Positions 39,377-50,222 of a DNA stretch of 64,000 nucleotides are shown here, one piece after another. The position numbers were made by a program, and so were the translations under genes. How positions within the stretch are numbered: position 1 is the stretch's first letter; each line of letters starts with the position of its first letter. The stretch is from an uncultured Akkermansia sp. (lineage in GTDB: Bacteria; Verrucomicrobiota; Verrucomicrobiia; Verrucomicrobiales; Akkermansiaceae), in the NCBI GenBank assembly GCA_964545935.1, contig CAZJIH010000001.1, positions 10,805 through 74,804 of the forward strand, written 5' to 3'. Below the pieces are notes generated by a model. That model was given only the letters and a program-made list of their open reading frames with translations. It searched no databases and was not told where the DNA came from.

Positions 39377-41293
39377 ATGTTCTTTTCCTCTACCCAAAAT
39401 CGTCCGAAACATTGGTATCATATACTGAGCATCAATAAAAGGCTCTTGTGGATACCAGCGGCGTTGATTGTGGTAGTCTTGGTCGTTTTTTTGGTTCTTC
39501 TTACGGTTTATACGCTGCGGGCTAGGGAATTTGACATGAACCGGGTAGCACAGAGTCTGCCGAGTAGCATGCTCTACGATTGTCAAAATCGTCTCGTTAC
39601 CCCGCTGAGTCGCCGAGATAACTCACCTGTCACTTGGGACGAATTGCCTCCGCATCTCATCAATGCCTTCCTAGCTCGTGAAGATGAGCATTTTTTTGAA
39701 CACGGTGGAGTCGTGTATTCTGCCTTACTTCGTTCTCTCATGCGTAATATCGCGGCTATGAGTTATAAAGAGGGTGCTTCGACTATTACGATGCAGTTGA
39801 CGCGGCACGTTTTTGAACTTCGCGGAAAAACTCTCGATCGTAAAATGCTGGAGATCATGTTGGCTCAACGTGTCGAAAAAGCTTACAATAAACGTAACAT
39901 ACTCTGCCAATATCTCAGTCGTATCTACTTCGGTCAAAATTGTTACGGTTTGCGTGAAGCCGCTCGTTTTTTTTTCGGAAAGGATGTACATGAGCTCGAT
40001 ATTGCCGAATCTGCTATGCTGGCAGGTATTGTCCGTGCCCCTTCCCTCTTTAATCCCATCCGGAGTCAAAAAAAAGCTATTGTCGCTCGCCGAGAGACGT
40101 TGTTGCGTATGCTGGAACTCGGTATGATTTCTCAGGATATTTTTGAGACAGCCGATAAATCACCTATCCCACAAAATCAGCAAGGTCATATTTCTACATC
40201 TACAGCCAATCGTAATTATCCTGCTATGTGGGCTAATGATGAGCTCGATTCTTTGGATATAGAGGAAGAGGAGCGTTCGCACGGTTTAGCGGTTGTGAGT
40301 TACCTGAATCTACCTTTGCAGCAATACGCCGAACGTTCACTTGCTACTATCATTAAGGCTATCGAAAATCCGGATTCGCCGCTTCCGGCAAGTTGGGCAA
40401 AGGAATCGGGAGCTGCCCCACTCGACCTTCAAACTAAGTTATTTGCTACAACTAAGCGTCCATCCGGTTTACGCAGTCGAGCGGGTCGTCTGCGTGCGGA
40501 GGAATGCCGCGTGCAGGCTTGCCTACTCGTCGTAGATTCGCGTCTAAACCATCGTGGCAACATTCTGGCAATTACCTGCGGACGTAGTGCTTCGGATTCC
40601 GTGAATCGTTGGCTTACGGAAGTACAACCCGGGCGCACCATCGCGCCGCTTATCTTTTGCAGTGCGTGTCTGCCGGGGGAACATGAAAGCTATATCGTGG
40701 CACACAGTGCGCGGATGACCGGAAGCCGTTTAGGTTACGATGTGGTGTACAACTTCCTCTCGGATTTGAAACTAGGTAACCTCCCGGATAGGGAACATGA
40801 AAACGATTTGTACGATGGGCTTTTCCCTATGCGTAAAATTGACTTAGCTCGTACGCTTTTCGACCTCCAAAATATGGGTCAGGATTACGACCTGCGGCTC
40901 ATTTCTGCTATCTGGAGTCAAGGTCACCACCTCATCTATGCCGGGGAAGGGAAAAAACCGGGTGAGTACATCCGTCGGGAGGGTGCTGTTGCCGTTTCGC
41001 ATTTACCGCCTTTTCGTTATAGAGAAGGCACACCGACTGTGTTGCACGAGGAACTCCCGGCTGACGGTGGGCAATGGTCTATGGTGTTCAATGACCGTGG
41101 GGTTGCCGTCTTTGTGTGGTTGGGGTTGGAAAGAGGTTCATCCGCTCCCCCCCCCTCCCCCGCTTTCCGCCGTTTAATGGCTCAGGCATCCCTCATCCTT
41201 GCCCGGCGTCTGCATTCCCGTGCCCGTACTGAGTTGCGAGCTCGTTCAACTACACCTGAACCGTCCGAAAAATCTATCCCCCCTCCTCCGTAA
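39377..41293 (+). CDS. Class A PBP-like protein: GT51 transglycosylase domain plus a degenerate transpeptidase domain
   Basis: EDEHFFEHGG, GASTITMQL, RKMLE motifs; QPGRTIAP where QPGSxxKP is expected. Confidence 0.8.
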   Translation: MFFSSTQNRPKHWYHILSINKRLLWIPAALIVVVLVVFLVLLTVYTLRAREFDMNRVAQSLPSSMLYDCQNRLVTPLSRRDNSPVTWDELPPHLINAFLAREDEHFFEHGGVVYSALLRSLMRNIAAMSYKEGASTITMQLTRHVFELRGKTLDRKMLEIMLAQRVEKAYNKRNILCQYLSRIYFGQNCYGLREAARFFFGKDVHELDIAESAMLAGIVRAPSLFNPIRSQKKAIVARRETLLRMLELGMISQDIFETADKSPIPQNQQGHISTSTANRNYPAMWANDELDSLDIEEEERSHGLAVVSYLNLPLQQYAERSLATIIKAIENPDSPLPASWAKESGAAPLDLQTKLFATTKRPSGLRSRAGRLRAEECRVQACLLVVDSRLNHRGNILAITCGRSASDSVNRWLTEVQPGRTIAPLIFCSACLPGEHESYIVAHSARMTGSRLGYDVVYNFLSDLKLGNLPDREHENDLYDGLFPMRKIDLARTLFDLQNMGQDYDLRLISAIWSQGHHLIYAGEGKKPGEYIRREGAVAVSHLPPFRYREGTPTVLHEELPADGGQWSMVFNDRGVAVFVWLGLERGSSAPPPSPAFRRLMAQASLILARRLHSRARTELRARSTTPEPSEKSIPPPP

Positions 41294-41323
41294 CATGCAC
41301 GGGGGGACGATGTTGATACGAAT

Positions 41324-42106
41324 ATGACGAATGATTATACCGCACAATTAGAGAGCGCAAAGCAAGCCGCTTTGCTTGCCGGTGAGTTTTTGCGTACCGA
41401 GTTCTCCTCCGAAAAAATTGTCGATGCGCGTACGGCTCACGACGTAAAATTACGTATAGATAAAGAAAGTCAACAGCTTGTAGAGGAGACTCTGCATCAC
41501 GACTACCCAGATTATTGTTTACTGGGCGAAGAAGGCGGTAGCGGCGGAGAGTTCGAGTGGATCGTCGACCCGCTGGACGGTACGGTAAATTACTACTACG
41601 GCATCCCCTTATTCTGTGTGAGTATAGCTCTACGGGTGCGCGGGGTACTGCGGCTCGGCTGTGTGTACGCACCTATGACCGGTGAATTTTACACGGCTCT
41701 GCACGGCGGACAAGCCTTGCTGAACGGCGCACCCATCCGGGTGTCTGCCAGAGCTCGTATGGATGAAGCTATCATTTTTGTGGGACACGATGCGCACGAC
41801 GGCTCCGGGGAGGAGGGTATGCGCCGCTTTGCGCGTCTTTCTGCGCAGGTATGCAAAGTGCGTATCCTTGGTTCAGCTGCTCTCTCTCTTTGCTACGTCG
41901 CAGCCGGAAAAATGGACGCCTACATCGAACAAAGTATCCACTTATGGGACTTCGCAGCCGCTCAGGTTATTCTCGAAGCCGCCGGCGGAATTCTGGACTT
42001 CTCTCCGTGTCCGAATGATTCTCTCACGGGTGCTGTGCAGGCTTGGAACGGTGTACTACCACTGAACCGCGCTCTCTCCGCCTTGCCTGTATCTTCTCAT
42101 GATTGA
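41324..42106 (+). CDS. suhB: Inositol monophosphatase family protein
   Basis: GEE, WIVDPLDGTVNY, GSAAL, WDFAAA. Confidence 0.85.
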   Translation: MTNDYTAQLESAKQAALLAGEFLRTEFSSEKIVDARTAHDVKLRIDKESQQLVEETLHHDYPDYCLLGEEGGSGGEFEWIVDPLDGTVNYYYGIPLFCVSIALRVRGVLRLGCVYAPMTGEFYTALHGGQALLNGAPIRVSARARMDEAIIFVGHDAHDGSGEEGMRRFARLSAQVCKVRILGSAALSLCYVAAGKMDAYIEQSIHLWDFAAAQVILEAAGGILDFSPCPNDSLTGAVQAWNGVLPLNRALSALPVSSHD

Positions 42107-42154
42107 TTTCCGGCTGAAAAGTCGTCGTTCCGCATCGCATGCATTCTTAATATA

Positions 42155-43435
42155 ATGAATAGGAAAAGGTTACCGAAAAACAATCATGCTCCCGAGGGGA
42201 AAAATTATCTGTCACCTCGGGCATTGGCATGGCAGTGTCTGTGTCAGTGGCAAATCAACAAGGGTACTTTTGCAGATACCCTCATTCGCCGTTGCGAGGA
42301 TAAACTGAGCCACGCCGATCGCAATATGCTGCAGGCTATCGTGTTGGGTACCCTGCGACATCTCCGTCGTTTAGAACACATTCTTAAAACCTTACGCGGC
42401 AATAAACATGTAGAGGACGATGCACGTTGGCTCCTGCTCAGCGGTCTCTGCCAACTCATCATCCTAGAATGGTCGGATTACGCTGTCGTGAATGAATCGG
42501 TAGGGCTTGCCCCGCGTCGTCTTAAACCCGTGGTTAACGCTGTATTACGTGAAGCTCTGCGTCGCCGTGACCAATGGACGAATGAGTTGGCTTCTCTTCC
42601 GCTCGGTATACGTTATTCGATGCCGGATTGGTTAGTAGACCGCTGGTTAGCGCGCTTCGGTGAACGGGAAACCTGTCAACTCTTAGAGCACTTTAATCAA
42701 CCGGCTGTCACATTCTTACGTGTCAATCCGCTCAATCCGCCCACAAATATTCCATCGCACTGGTACCCTCTGCCGAACCTAGATGGTTGGTTCCGTTTGG
42801 GTGACGGTCCCCTTCCTCTGGCGGAGCTACGCGCCGGTCAAGTTTACGCTACCGATCCCGCCACCCGTCATAGTATCGCACTTTTAGCCCCGGCTCCCGG
42901 TGAAAAAATTCTGGACACCTGCGCCGCTCCCGGCGGAAAATCCGCTGCTATCCTTTCCGCTACAGGCGGTCAATGCCGATTGCTGAGCACCGATGCCGAC
43001 CCGTCTCGTCTGTCTATGCTGCGCAGTAATCTAAAAAAAGCATGCCCGGCACAGTCGTTTTCTACGGAGCTCATAGACTGGTCTTTGCCCTGCCCCGCAC
43101 ATCTGCGCTCTTCTTTCGACGCGGTACTGGTGGATGTTCCTTGCAGCAATACCGGTGTGTTACAGCGCCGTGTTGATGTACGCTGGCGATTGTCCCCGGC
43201 TGAATTGCAGAACCTCGTCGCTCTGCAATTAAAAATTTTACGTCATGCTATGCAAGCAGTACGCCCCGGCGGACGCCTAGTTTACTCTACTTGCTCCATC
43301 GAACCCGAAGAGAATACCGACCTTATCCGCCGTATCCTCTCCGAATTCCCCGATTACCACATCATCCGCGAATCCCTCTCCCTCCCACACATCACTAACA
43401 CCGACGGCGCCTACGCTGCCCTCATATCATCGTAA
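42155..43435 (+). CDS. rsmB: 16S rRNA m5C methyltransferase RsmB/Sun (NusB-like N-terminus)
   Basis: DTCAAPGGKS, DVPCSNTG, VYSTCSIEPEEN. Confidence 0.85.
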   Translation: MNRKRLPKNNHAPEGKNYLSPRALAWQCLCQWQINKGTFADTLIRRCEDKLSHADRNMLQAIVLGTLRHLRRLEHILKTLRGNKHVEDDARWLLLSGLCQLIILEWSDYAVVNESVGLAPRRLKPVVNAVLREALRRRDQWTNELASLPLGIRYSMPDWLVDRWLARFGERETCQLLEHFNQPAVTFLRVNPLNPPTNIPSHWYPLPNLDGWFRLGDGPLPLAELRAGQVYATDPATRHSIALLAPAPGEKILDTCAAPGGKSAAILSATGGQCRLLSTDADPSRLSMLRSNLKKACPAQSFSTELIDWSLPCPAHLRSSFDAVLVDVPCSNTGVLQRRVDVRWRLSPAELQNLVALQLKILRHAMQAVRPGGRLVYSTCSIEPEENTDLIRRILSEFPDYHIIRESLSLPHITNTDGAYAALISS

Positions 43436-43538
43436 CTACCCCCAACGCGCAACGGGGTACGCTGGTATGGAATCAACAAGGCGGAATCGGCAGCGCTTCG
43501 GCGTCTATCTGTTTTACTTTGCTCTACGTACTTCTCTC

Positions 43539-46172
43539 TCAATCCTCCTCGCCTTTTCCTGAAACTACGTCACCACTCAACGTTAGACAATCATTTTCCC
43601 CGGGATGAGTATGCGCCTTTACATCAACCTGTATGGTTGTTCCGTCGGGGAACCGATTTTCGAGGAGTGCTGTGCTGAGTGGGTCGAGCAAGTCGCGTTG
43701 TATGGCACGTTTGAGCGGACGCGCACCGTAGACCGGGTCGAAGCCGTGGGTCGCTATCAGCGCGGCGGCAGCATCCGAAAGCTTAAGTGTCAATCGACGC
43801 GGAGCTAAACGTTGACGCACGCGATCGAGCTGGATTTCAACAATCCGTTTAAGCTCTTCTTCCCCAAGGCGATCGAATATGATGATATCATCCACGCGAT
43901 TCAGGAATTCCGGTCGGAAGTGCCCCCGCAGAGCATCCAAGGCTTTTTCGTTTCGCCGGGTTACATCCTGCTCATCCAGTATGAATCGGGAGCCGATGTT
44001 ACTGGTAAGGATGAGTACCGTATTCGTGAAATCGACCGTGCGTCCCTGTCCGTCGGTGATGCGTCCGTCATCGAGTACCTGTAACAAGGCATTGAAAACA
44101 TCCGGGTGCGCTTTCTCTATTTCATCGAACAACACAACCGAATACGGACGACGGCGAACGGCTTCGGTGAGTTGTCCCCCTTCATCGTACCCGACATATC
44201 CCGGAGGTGCTCCGATAAGGCGTGCGACACTGTGTTTCTCCATGTATTCGGACATGTCGAGACGGATGAGCGCAGCTTCGTCGTCAAAAAGGAATTCCGC
44301 GAGTGCCTTGGCAAGTTCTGTTTTACCGACTCCCGTGGGTCCGAGGAAAATAAAGGAACCGAGCGGGCGATGCTCATCCTGCAAGCCGGCACGGGAGCGA
44401 CGCACCGCATCCGCTACCGCTTTCACCGCGTCCCTTTGCCCGATAATTCGCCGTGCCAGCCGCTCTTCCATGTGCACCAACTTCTCCCGCTCTCCTTCCG
44501 CCAATTTAGCAGCCGGTATCCCCGTCCACGACGCAACTACCTTTGCTATATCACTTTCGGTAACTTCCTCTTTGAGCAGTCCTCCCCCACTGCTCTGCAA
44601 ATCGCTCAGCACCTGCCTTGCCTGTCGCAACGCCTGTTCCGCAGCAGGTAATTCTCCGTATTTGATAGCCGATGCACGAGTAAGGTCGCCCTTGCGTTCA
44701 GCTTGATCAGCCTGTGTACGTAGCGTATCTATTTGCTGCTGAGCTTCTCGGGCTTTTTTGACAACATCCTGTTCACTCTTCCATCGTGCTATCAAAGCGG
44801 ATGACTTTTCTTTGTTATCCGCCAATTCCTTCGTGATTTTTTCCAATCGCTCGCGCGATGCCTGATCCTTCTCTTTTGCCAGTGCTTGGCGTTCCATCTC
44901 TAACTGCATACCGGCGCGATTCAATTCATCTATCTCCGATGGCATGCTGTCGAGTTCTATTTTAAGACGTGCTGCGGCTTCATCGACCAAATCCACTGCC
45001 TTATCCGGCAGGAAACGATCGGTGATGTAGCGGTGACTCAGCGTCGCCGCAGCTACGAGGGCACTGTCGGTGATATGAACCCCGTGGTGTACTTCGTAGC
45101 GTTCCTTGAGCCCGCGTAGAATGGCTATGGTGTCTTCCACCCCGGGTTCTGCTACGAGCACCGGCTGAAAGCGTCGCTCCAGCGCCGCGTCTTTCTCAAT
45201 ATATTTGCGGTATTCATCCAACGTGGTAGCTCCGATGGTGCGTAACTCCCCTCGCGCTAATGCCGGTTTTAACAAATTCGCGGCGTCCATACTTCCGTCC
45301 CCCCCTGCCCCGGCTCCGACCAAGGTATGTAATTCGTCTATAAAGAGGATGATCTGTCCCTCAGACGCGCTTACTTCTTTGATAAAAGCTTTCAGCCGTT
45401 CCTCAAATTCTCCGCGATATTTGGCACCTGCCAGCATAGAACCTATGGAAAGCGAAACTAAGCGCTTGTCTTTCATCCCTTCCGGTACGTCACCGTTCAC
45501 TATACGCCTCGCTAAACCCTCCGCAATGGCGGTTTTCCCTACCCCGGGTTCACCGATGAGTACCGGGTTGTTCTTAGTACGCCGCGAAAGTATCTGGAGC
45601 ACACGCCGTATCTCTGCGTCTCGTCCGATTACCGGGTCAATCTTCCCCTGCCGCGCCAACGCTGTAAGGTCGGTACCGTATTTCTCCAAGGTCCCGTATT
45701 TCCCTTCCGGGTCTTGGTCGGTTATCCGCTGATTTCCGCGTACTTCCTTCAACGCCTGCATATACCGTGCCTCAGAAAGCCCTACTTCCCCGAGTATCTG
45801 CGCCATCTGCGTATCCTCTTTGTATATCCCCAGCAAAAAATGCTCCGCGCTCAGGTAGTCGTCTTTCATCGCTCGCCGATGTACCTCCGCCGCATTGAGC
45901 ACCCGGTCCAAAGCAGCCCCTATACCCGGACTACTCGCTACCCCACCCTGCTGCCTCGCCTGTTTCGCGAGATAGGCTGTAAGCTCACGCTCCAACCTCT
46001 GCCTGTCCGCCCCGGCCTTCTGCATCACCGCTCCGAGTACCCCCTCCTCTTGCTTCAATAACGCCAAAAGTACTTCAGCAGGCAGTATCTCCGCCCGCCC
46101 GGCAGCCTGCGACGCCCTCTGCGACGCCGCAAGCGCTTCCATCATTTTTGTGGTCAAATTGTTGTTCATCAT
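43539..46172 (-). CDS. clpB: Chaperone ClpB
   Basis: Two AAA modules ([16 protein letters not shown]), middle coiled coil, GARPLKR. Start at 46172 or 46169. Confidence 0.95.
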   Translation of the reverse strand: MMNNNLTTKMMEALAASQRASQAAGRAEILPAEVLLALLKQEEGVLGAVMQKAGADRQRLERELTAYLAKQARQQGGVASSPGIGAALDRVLNAAEVHRRAMKDDYLSAEHFLLGIYKEDTQMAQILGEVGLSEARYMQALKEVRGNQRITDQDPEGKYGTLEKYGTDLTALARQGKIDPVIGRDAEIRRVLQILSRRTKNNPVLIGEPGVGKTAIAEGLARRIVNGDVPEGMKDKRLVSLSIGSMLAGAKYRGEFEERLKAFIKEVSASEGQIILFIDELHTLVGAGAGGDGSMDAANLLKPALARGELRTIGATTLDEYRKYIEKDAALERRFQPVLVAEPGVEDTIAILRGLKERYEVHHGVHITDSALVAAATLSHRYITDRFLPDKAVDLVDEAAARLKIELDSMPSEIDELNRAGMQLEMERQALAKEKDQASRERLEKITKELADNKEKSSALIARWKSEQDVVKKAREAQQQIDTLRTQADQAERKGDLTRASAIKYGELPAAEQALRQARQVLSDLQSSGGGLLKEEVTESDIAKVVASWTGIPAAKLAEGEREKLVHMEERLARRIIGQRDAVKAVADAVRRSRAGLQDEHRPLGSFIFLGPTGVGKTELAKALAEFLFDDEAALIRLDMSEYMEKHSVARLIGAPPGYVGYDEGGQLTEAVRRRPYSVVLFDEIEKAHPDVFNALLQVLDDGRITDGQGRTVDFTNTVLILTSNIGSRFILDEQDVTRRNEKALDALRGHFRPEFLNRVDDIIIFDRLGEEELKRIVEIQLDRVRQRLAPRRLTLKLSDAAAALIATHGFDPVYGARPLKRAIQRDLLDPLSTALLENRFPDGTTIQVDVKAHTHPGENDCLTLSGDVVSGKGEED

Positions 46173-46237
46173 ACAGATTATGACGCATTCTTCCCCTAGT
46201 TTGTTCAAAAAAATTTATGTTTTTTGAAAAATTTTGC

Positions 46238-46266
46238 TGGACATGGTCTCCAAAATACGGTACACT
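46238..46266 (+). promoter_or_regulatory. Promoter of the tubulin/stator locus, copy 1
   Basis: TGGACA-17-TACACT; same layout as 60160-60188. Confidence 0.55.
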
Positions 46267-46357
46267 ACGCTCGTGAGGTGGGCAAACTGCGGTCGAGCGA
46301 TTTTTATATCGCCGTGTGACTTGCGTCTCCCTCATTAAAACTAAAATAAACACATTT

Positions 46358-47047
46358 ATGATAGCATCAGTAGTTAACTTGGACATTTCTACGGAACAGT
46401 GGTTGGAATATGCATTCATGGCGATTCCGCACTTTATCATTACCGCAATCGTCATTATCCTCGTCACGTTGCTCTTATCTTTTGTCATAGCAATTGGATG
46501 GGGGCTCTGTTGGAATAAGAAGTGGAGTCTCGGCAAAAATGCCCGATGGTTTACAGTCGGTGTCATTGCTTTGGTTGCCGCGGCTTGCCTAGCTGCCCGC
46601 GATAGTCTATGTGGTGGTGGCTTTGGTAGCTTCACAGGGGAGTCCAGCAAGGTGACAGCCGCTTTCGATGGGAAGCCAATTGACGTGGTGGAGTATCCCG
46701 AAGCGAAGTCTGCCAATGATGTTGCCAAAGAGTACACGTCGTTATTCCCCGATCAGCCTCAGAACCGTGGAATCGATGGGATTGACGGGGAAGACGAAGA
46801 TGATACAAATAATGCCCCCATTCTGCTCGATGATTCTGACGATGACACGGGTGATGAAGATGAATTGAGCGATTCTAAAACGAAGTATGCTATCCAAGAA
46901 ACGTCCCGTGCTCCCTATGAAACTTGCGACAGTCTTCTCACCTATGTCTCCTTATTTTGCATCTTACTCCTTCTTATCGTCATTCCGTGGGTAAGTTATC
47001 GAGATATCCGCCTAATTTATCCTGTACCGGCGGATGACAACAAATAA
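46358..47047 (+). CDS. 3-TM membrane protein, 'WNKKW' family, paralogue 1
   Basis: Three hydrophobic segments and an acidic loop; clearly homologous to 60269-60928. Start ATG 46358 assigned by alignment with that paralogue. Confidence 0.75.
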   Translation: MIASVVNLDISTEQWLEYAFMAIPHFIITAIVIILVTLLLSFVIAIGWGLCWNKKWSLGKNARWFTVGVIALVAAACLAARDSLCGGGFGSFTGESSKVTAAFDGKPIDVVEYPEAKSANDVAKEYTSLFPDQPQNRGIDGIDGEDEDDTNNAPILLDDSDDDTGDEDELSDSKTKYAIQETSRAPYETCDSLLTYVSLFCILLLLIVIPWVSYRDIRLIYPVPADDNK

Positions 47048-47094
47048 CCTGCTCCTTCTTTACATTTTATTCATTTCAAACTAACTCATTATTT

Positions 47095-50000
47095 ATGGCA
47101 AGACATCAACTTATTATAGGGCTCGGCGGTGTTGGTGGACGTTCCATCGCTGCATTCAGAAAGGCTGTGGTGACCCACGAAAAAGATTATAAAGTCATCT
47201 CGGAGGAGAAAGGTAGTCGCTTCGAATATCTCTACATTGACTCGAATGACGATATCTTGGGTAGTGATATATGGGACGTATACGGGAGATCAGTCAGACT
47301 GGAGCGTTCGGATTACGTAATGTTGAAAGAGAGGGGAGGGACGAGTTCGATCAAGGAAATTTCGCAACAAGAAAACATTGCTCCGTGGATTGGCAACTTG
47401 GCAGAACATTTTGCCACGAGAACGGGGAAGAGTAGTAATTTAGATGACGGGAGTTTGGATTCGGAGCTCATGGGACTCGATGGAGCGGGTCAGTTGCGCC
47501 GGTACGGTCGCGTCCTCTTTGCCCTGCACTCACAGACTATCCGCCACAATCTCCAAAATAAGATAAAAAATCTTACGCATGGCTCAGACTCTGAAATTGA
47601 TGTACGTATCTTTTGTACTCTGGGAGGCGGAACCGGGAGTGGCAGTATCGTTGATATGGTTACTCTTATTCAAAGTCTTGCTGATGACAGTGGGCACAAG
47701 TATCGCACGTTTATTTATACGTTTGTGGCGGGTCATGCCCAAGATGCACAAGATACCGGTTCTTTCTACCAAAATGAATACGCTTCGTTGAGAGATTTGA
47801 ACGCTCTTATGGTGGAGAAGTATCATCCGTATATTGCAGGTGTTGTCGGTCGCGATATCAGTGATAACTACTACTACAAGAAAGGGAATCACCCTATCCA
47901 TGCAATTTATATTTCGTCGGAAGTGTCTCAGGGGAATCCTAATTTGAGAGATCAGGTCGAATTTATGGCGAAAGCATGCCTCGATACGATCATGTACAGC
48001 ATGCTTTACAAAGAACCGGATTGTTTGAAGGCTATCTCCGGTGAAGACCTTGTGCAAGTGACACCGGGTGAATCGGAAAACCCAAGCAACACTCCGTCAA
48101 GCCAAGCTCCTATACGCAGTTACCGTTTTGCGGCTCTGGGTTCCAAGAGGTGGTGTGTTCCTACGGAGCAGATTAAGGAACTCCTGAAATTAAAATATGA
48201 GTTTCGCGTGCTCAATTCGTGGGGAGAGGGTTCGCCGTTACCCAAAGGGGCACAGAAACGTGATATAGGAAAGGTTAGCATCGATTTTAAACCAAGGGGT
48301 GGGAAGACTTGGGAAGCGATAGGTAAGTATTGCAATGAAGCAAAGAAACGCTTGGAGGATGAAAAAAAGGCAATTGAGGAGGAGAGTAAGAGAGAACCGG
48401 ATACCCTAAAGCGGCTGAATGATCTCAGTGTCGAATGTGCTGATAAAGTTGCGAAGGAATTGCTGAACAGTACGGATGTTCGCCGTGATCTCCAGAACTG
48501 CGCACAAGAGGATGCAGCGGATATGCTAGCCATGTTAAGGGATGTGGTGGACAGACAGTTCAGATGGGTTGAAGGGGGTGTAGATACGTGGGGGATCGGC
48601 AACGTGCGGGAATACCTAAGTGAGTACATACGTAAAATCCCTTCATGGGAACGAGAGCTCACCGGAACGATGACCGTGCAGGACATCGAGGATACCCAAA
48701 AGACGCTTCATGACACGATGGAGCTGCGCGAAAAGGAATGGGAAAAGATAGGTGTTATGACAGTGCATCTTACCAGTAAATCTGATCGCATGATTGACTA
48801 TCAATTTAAGGACTGCATCCACCGCGTAGACCTTGCCCTCCTTCCCTTCAAACGTCGTTCTCTGTCTATTCTTATCGAAGAAGCTCAGAATCAGGTAAGT
48901 TCCCTAATCTCGCATGTAGATGCCGCAGCTCAAGAAATCAAAGCAAGCAGAACTCAGATCGAGAATGCTATCGGGGCTTTGGAGAATGATATTCTGACCG
49001 ATAATAAGTCGGATATGAGTGATCAGTTCGAATTCGATAAGGATAACTTAGTGCAAGTTCAGCGTGAAATCGAAAAACTTGAGGATGAACATGCGACACA
49101 GATGGCTCGTAGGTACAGTCCGGCATGGGATAAAGTTGTCGGTTCCTTTGGTAATTACAAGAGAAATATCGTCACCAAGCTCTTGGATTCCCTTGAAGGT
49201 GATTTTTATGAATCATCGGAGAGACTCCACAATCGTGCAATAGATCGGAATGGCACTCTGCAGGGTGTCCTTTTGTCGTCCATTATTGAACGGCTCATTC
49301 AGATAGCGGGTGAAACTCCCGGTCCGAACAATCAAAATTGGGAGCGGAATCTTGGTAATCGGATAGAAAGTTTCGTCGGTGAATTACGTTGTAGCACATT
49401 TATCGAAGGAAAGGGTGGACTTACAAGTCCTCAGAGTCCCCCGTGTAAAGCGGTTGTATTCGGTTTCCCGAAAGGTGCTAATGCGCCCAACGGCTTTATA
49501 AAGTGGCTTGAGAGGAAATTCAATGACGCTCTTCCCGATAAGTATCGTCCGTTACCCGGTCGTATGGATTACTTCGAGCATAATTCGGATGGTGAAATAC
49601 GTGTCCTCTACATGCCTTATTGGTTCCCGGCAAGATTTGCACCGGTCGTCAGCAAAATTTTTGTTAGTTACAAAGAGACGGGTAAGAAAAAGGAAGAAAG
49701 TGTAAAGATTTATTTTGCTAATATCGATGATGATGATATCAGTCTGCATTCCAAAACTCGTCCGACCCTCACTAAGGAAGGGGATCCGGACAAGATGAAT
49801 ATACGAAAAGTTGATTTCGCGACTAAGCTCTACCTCAAACGGGGGGACCAAAAGAAACCTGTCGCTAAAGTCGATGACCTCGGTATTAAAATTATCAGGA
49901 ATATTGATGAGTATGGTATAGCCGAGTATAGTCACAAGACATATTCCTTGGAGGAGAAAGCGTATCCAAGTACGACTTTCAAAATAGAGCTGAATAGTGC

Positions 50001-50178
50001 TATCGATATGGCTTTGAAACAAATGGACGAAGCTGAGAAGATGGCGATCTTCAATCAATACACAGAGGAACTGCAAAGACTGGAACAGGAAGGATTGGAT
50101 GCGTATAAAGATGCGCAGGCGATTGAAGCACGTGAAGCCCGTAATGCTGTTAAGAAATGGCTCGGTTTAAGTGACTAA
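47095..50178 (+). CDS. Tubulin/FtsZ-like GTPase-domain protein (Tubulin_2 / FtsZl-like) with a long helical C-terminus, paralogue 1
   Basis: IIGLGGVGG, YLYIDS, GAGQLRRYGR, signature TLGGGTGSG, NEYASLRDLN; about 650 aa helical/coiled-coil extension. Confidence 0.85.
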   Translation: MARHQLIIGLGGVGGRSIAAFRKAVVTHEKDYKVISEEKGSRFEYLYIDSNDDILGSDIWDVYGRSVRLERSDYVMLKERGGTSSIKEISQQENIAPWIGNLAEHFATRTGKSSNLDDGSLDSELMGLDGAGQLRRYGRVLFALHSQTIRHNLQNKIKNLTHGSDSEIDVRIFCTLGGGTGSGSIVDMVTLIQSLADDSGHKYRTFIYTFVAGHAQDAQDTGSFYQNEYASLRDLNALMVEKYHPYIAGVVGRDISDNYYYKKGNHPIHAIYISSEVSQGNPNLRDQVEFMAKACLDTIMYSMLYKEPDCLKAISGEDLVQVTPGESENPSNTPSSQAPIRSYRFAALGSKRWCVPTEQIKELLKLKYEFRVLNSWGEGSPLPKGAQKRDIGKVSIDFKPRGGKTWEAIGKYCNEAKKRLEDEKKAIEEESKREPDTLKRLNDLSVECADKVAKELLNSTDVRRDLQNCAQEDAADMLAMLRDVVDRQFRWVEGGVDTWGIGNVREYLSEYIRKIPSWERELTGTMTVQDIEDTQKTLHDTMELREKEWEKIGVMTVHLTSKSDRMIDYQFKDCIHRVDLALLPFKRRSLSILIEEAQNQVSSLISHVDAAAQEIKASRTQIENAIGALENDILTDNKSDMSDQFEFDKDNLVQVQREIEKLEDEHATQMARRYSPAWDKVVGSFGNYKRNIVTKLLDSLEGDFYESSERLHNRAIDRNGTLQGVLLSSIIERLIQIAGETPGPNNQNWERNLGNRIESFVGELRCSTFIEGKGGLTSPQSPPCKAVVFGFPKGANAPNGFIKWLERKFNDALPDKYRPLPGRMDYFEHNSDGEIRVLYMPYWFPARFAPVVSKIFVSYKETGKKKEESVKIYFANIDDDDISLHSKTRPTLTKEGDPDKMNIRKVDFATKLYLKRGDQKKPVAKVDDLGIKIIRNIDEYGIAEYSHKTYSLEEKAYPSTTFKIELNSAIDMALKQMDEAEKMAIFNQYTEELQRLEQEGLDAYKDAQAIEAREARNAVKKWLGLSD

Positions 50179-50222
50179 ACAATTGTCGTCTCTATTTAGG
50201 GGCGGCTGCAGGATAAAAAACA

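Noticed and set aside
47095-50178. Cell-division FtsZ or BtubA/B
   Set aside because: About 1000 aa, no recognisable FtsZ T7 loop (NxDFAD) or C-terminal peptide, and no dcw gene context.
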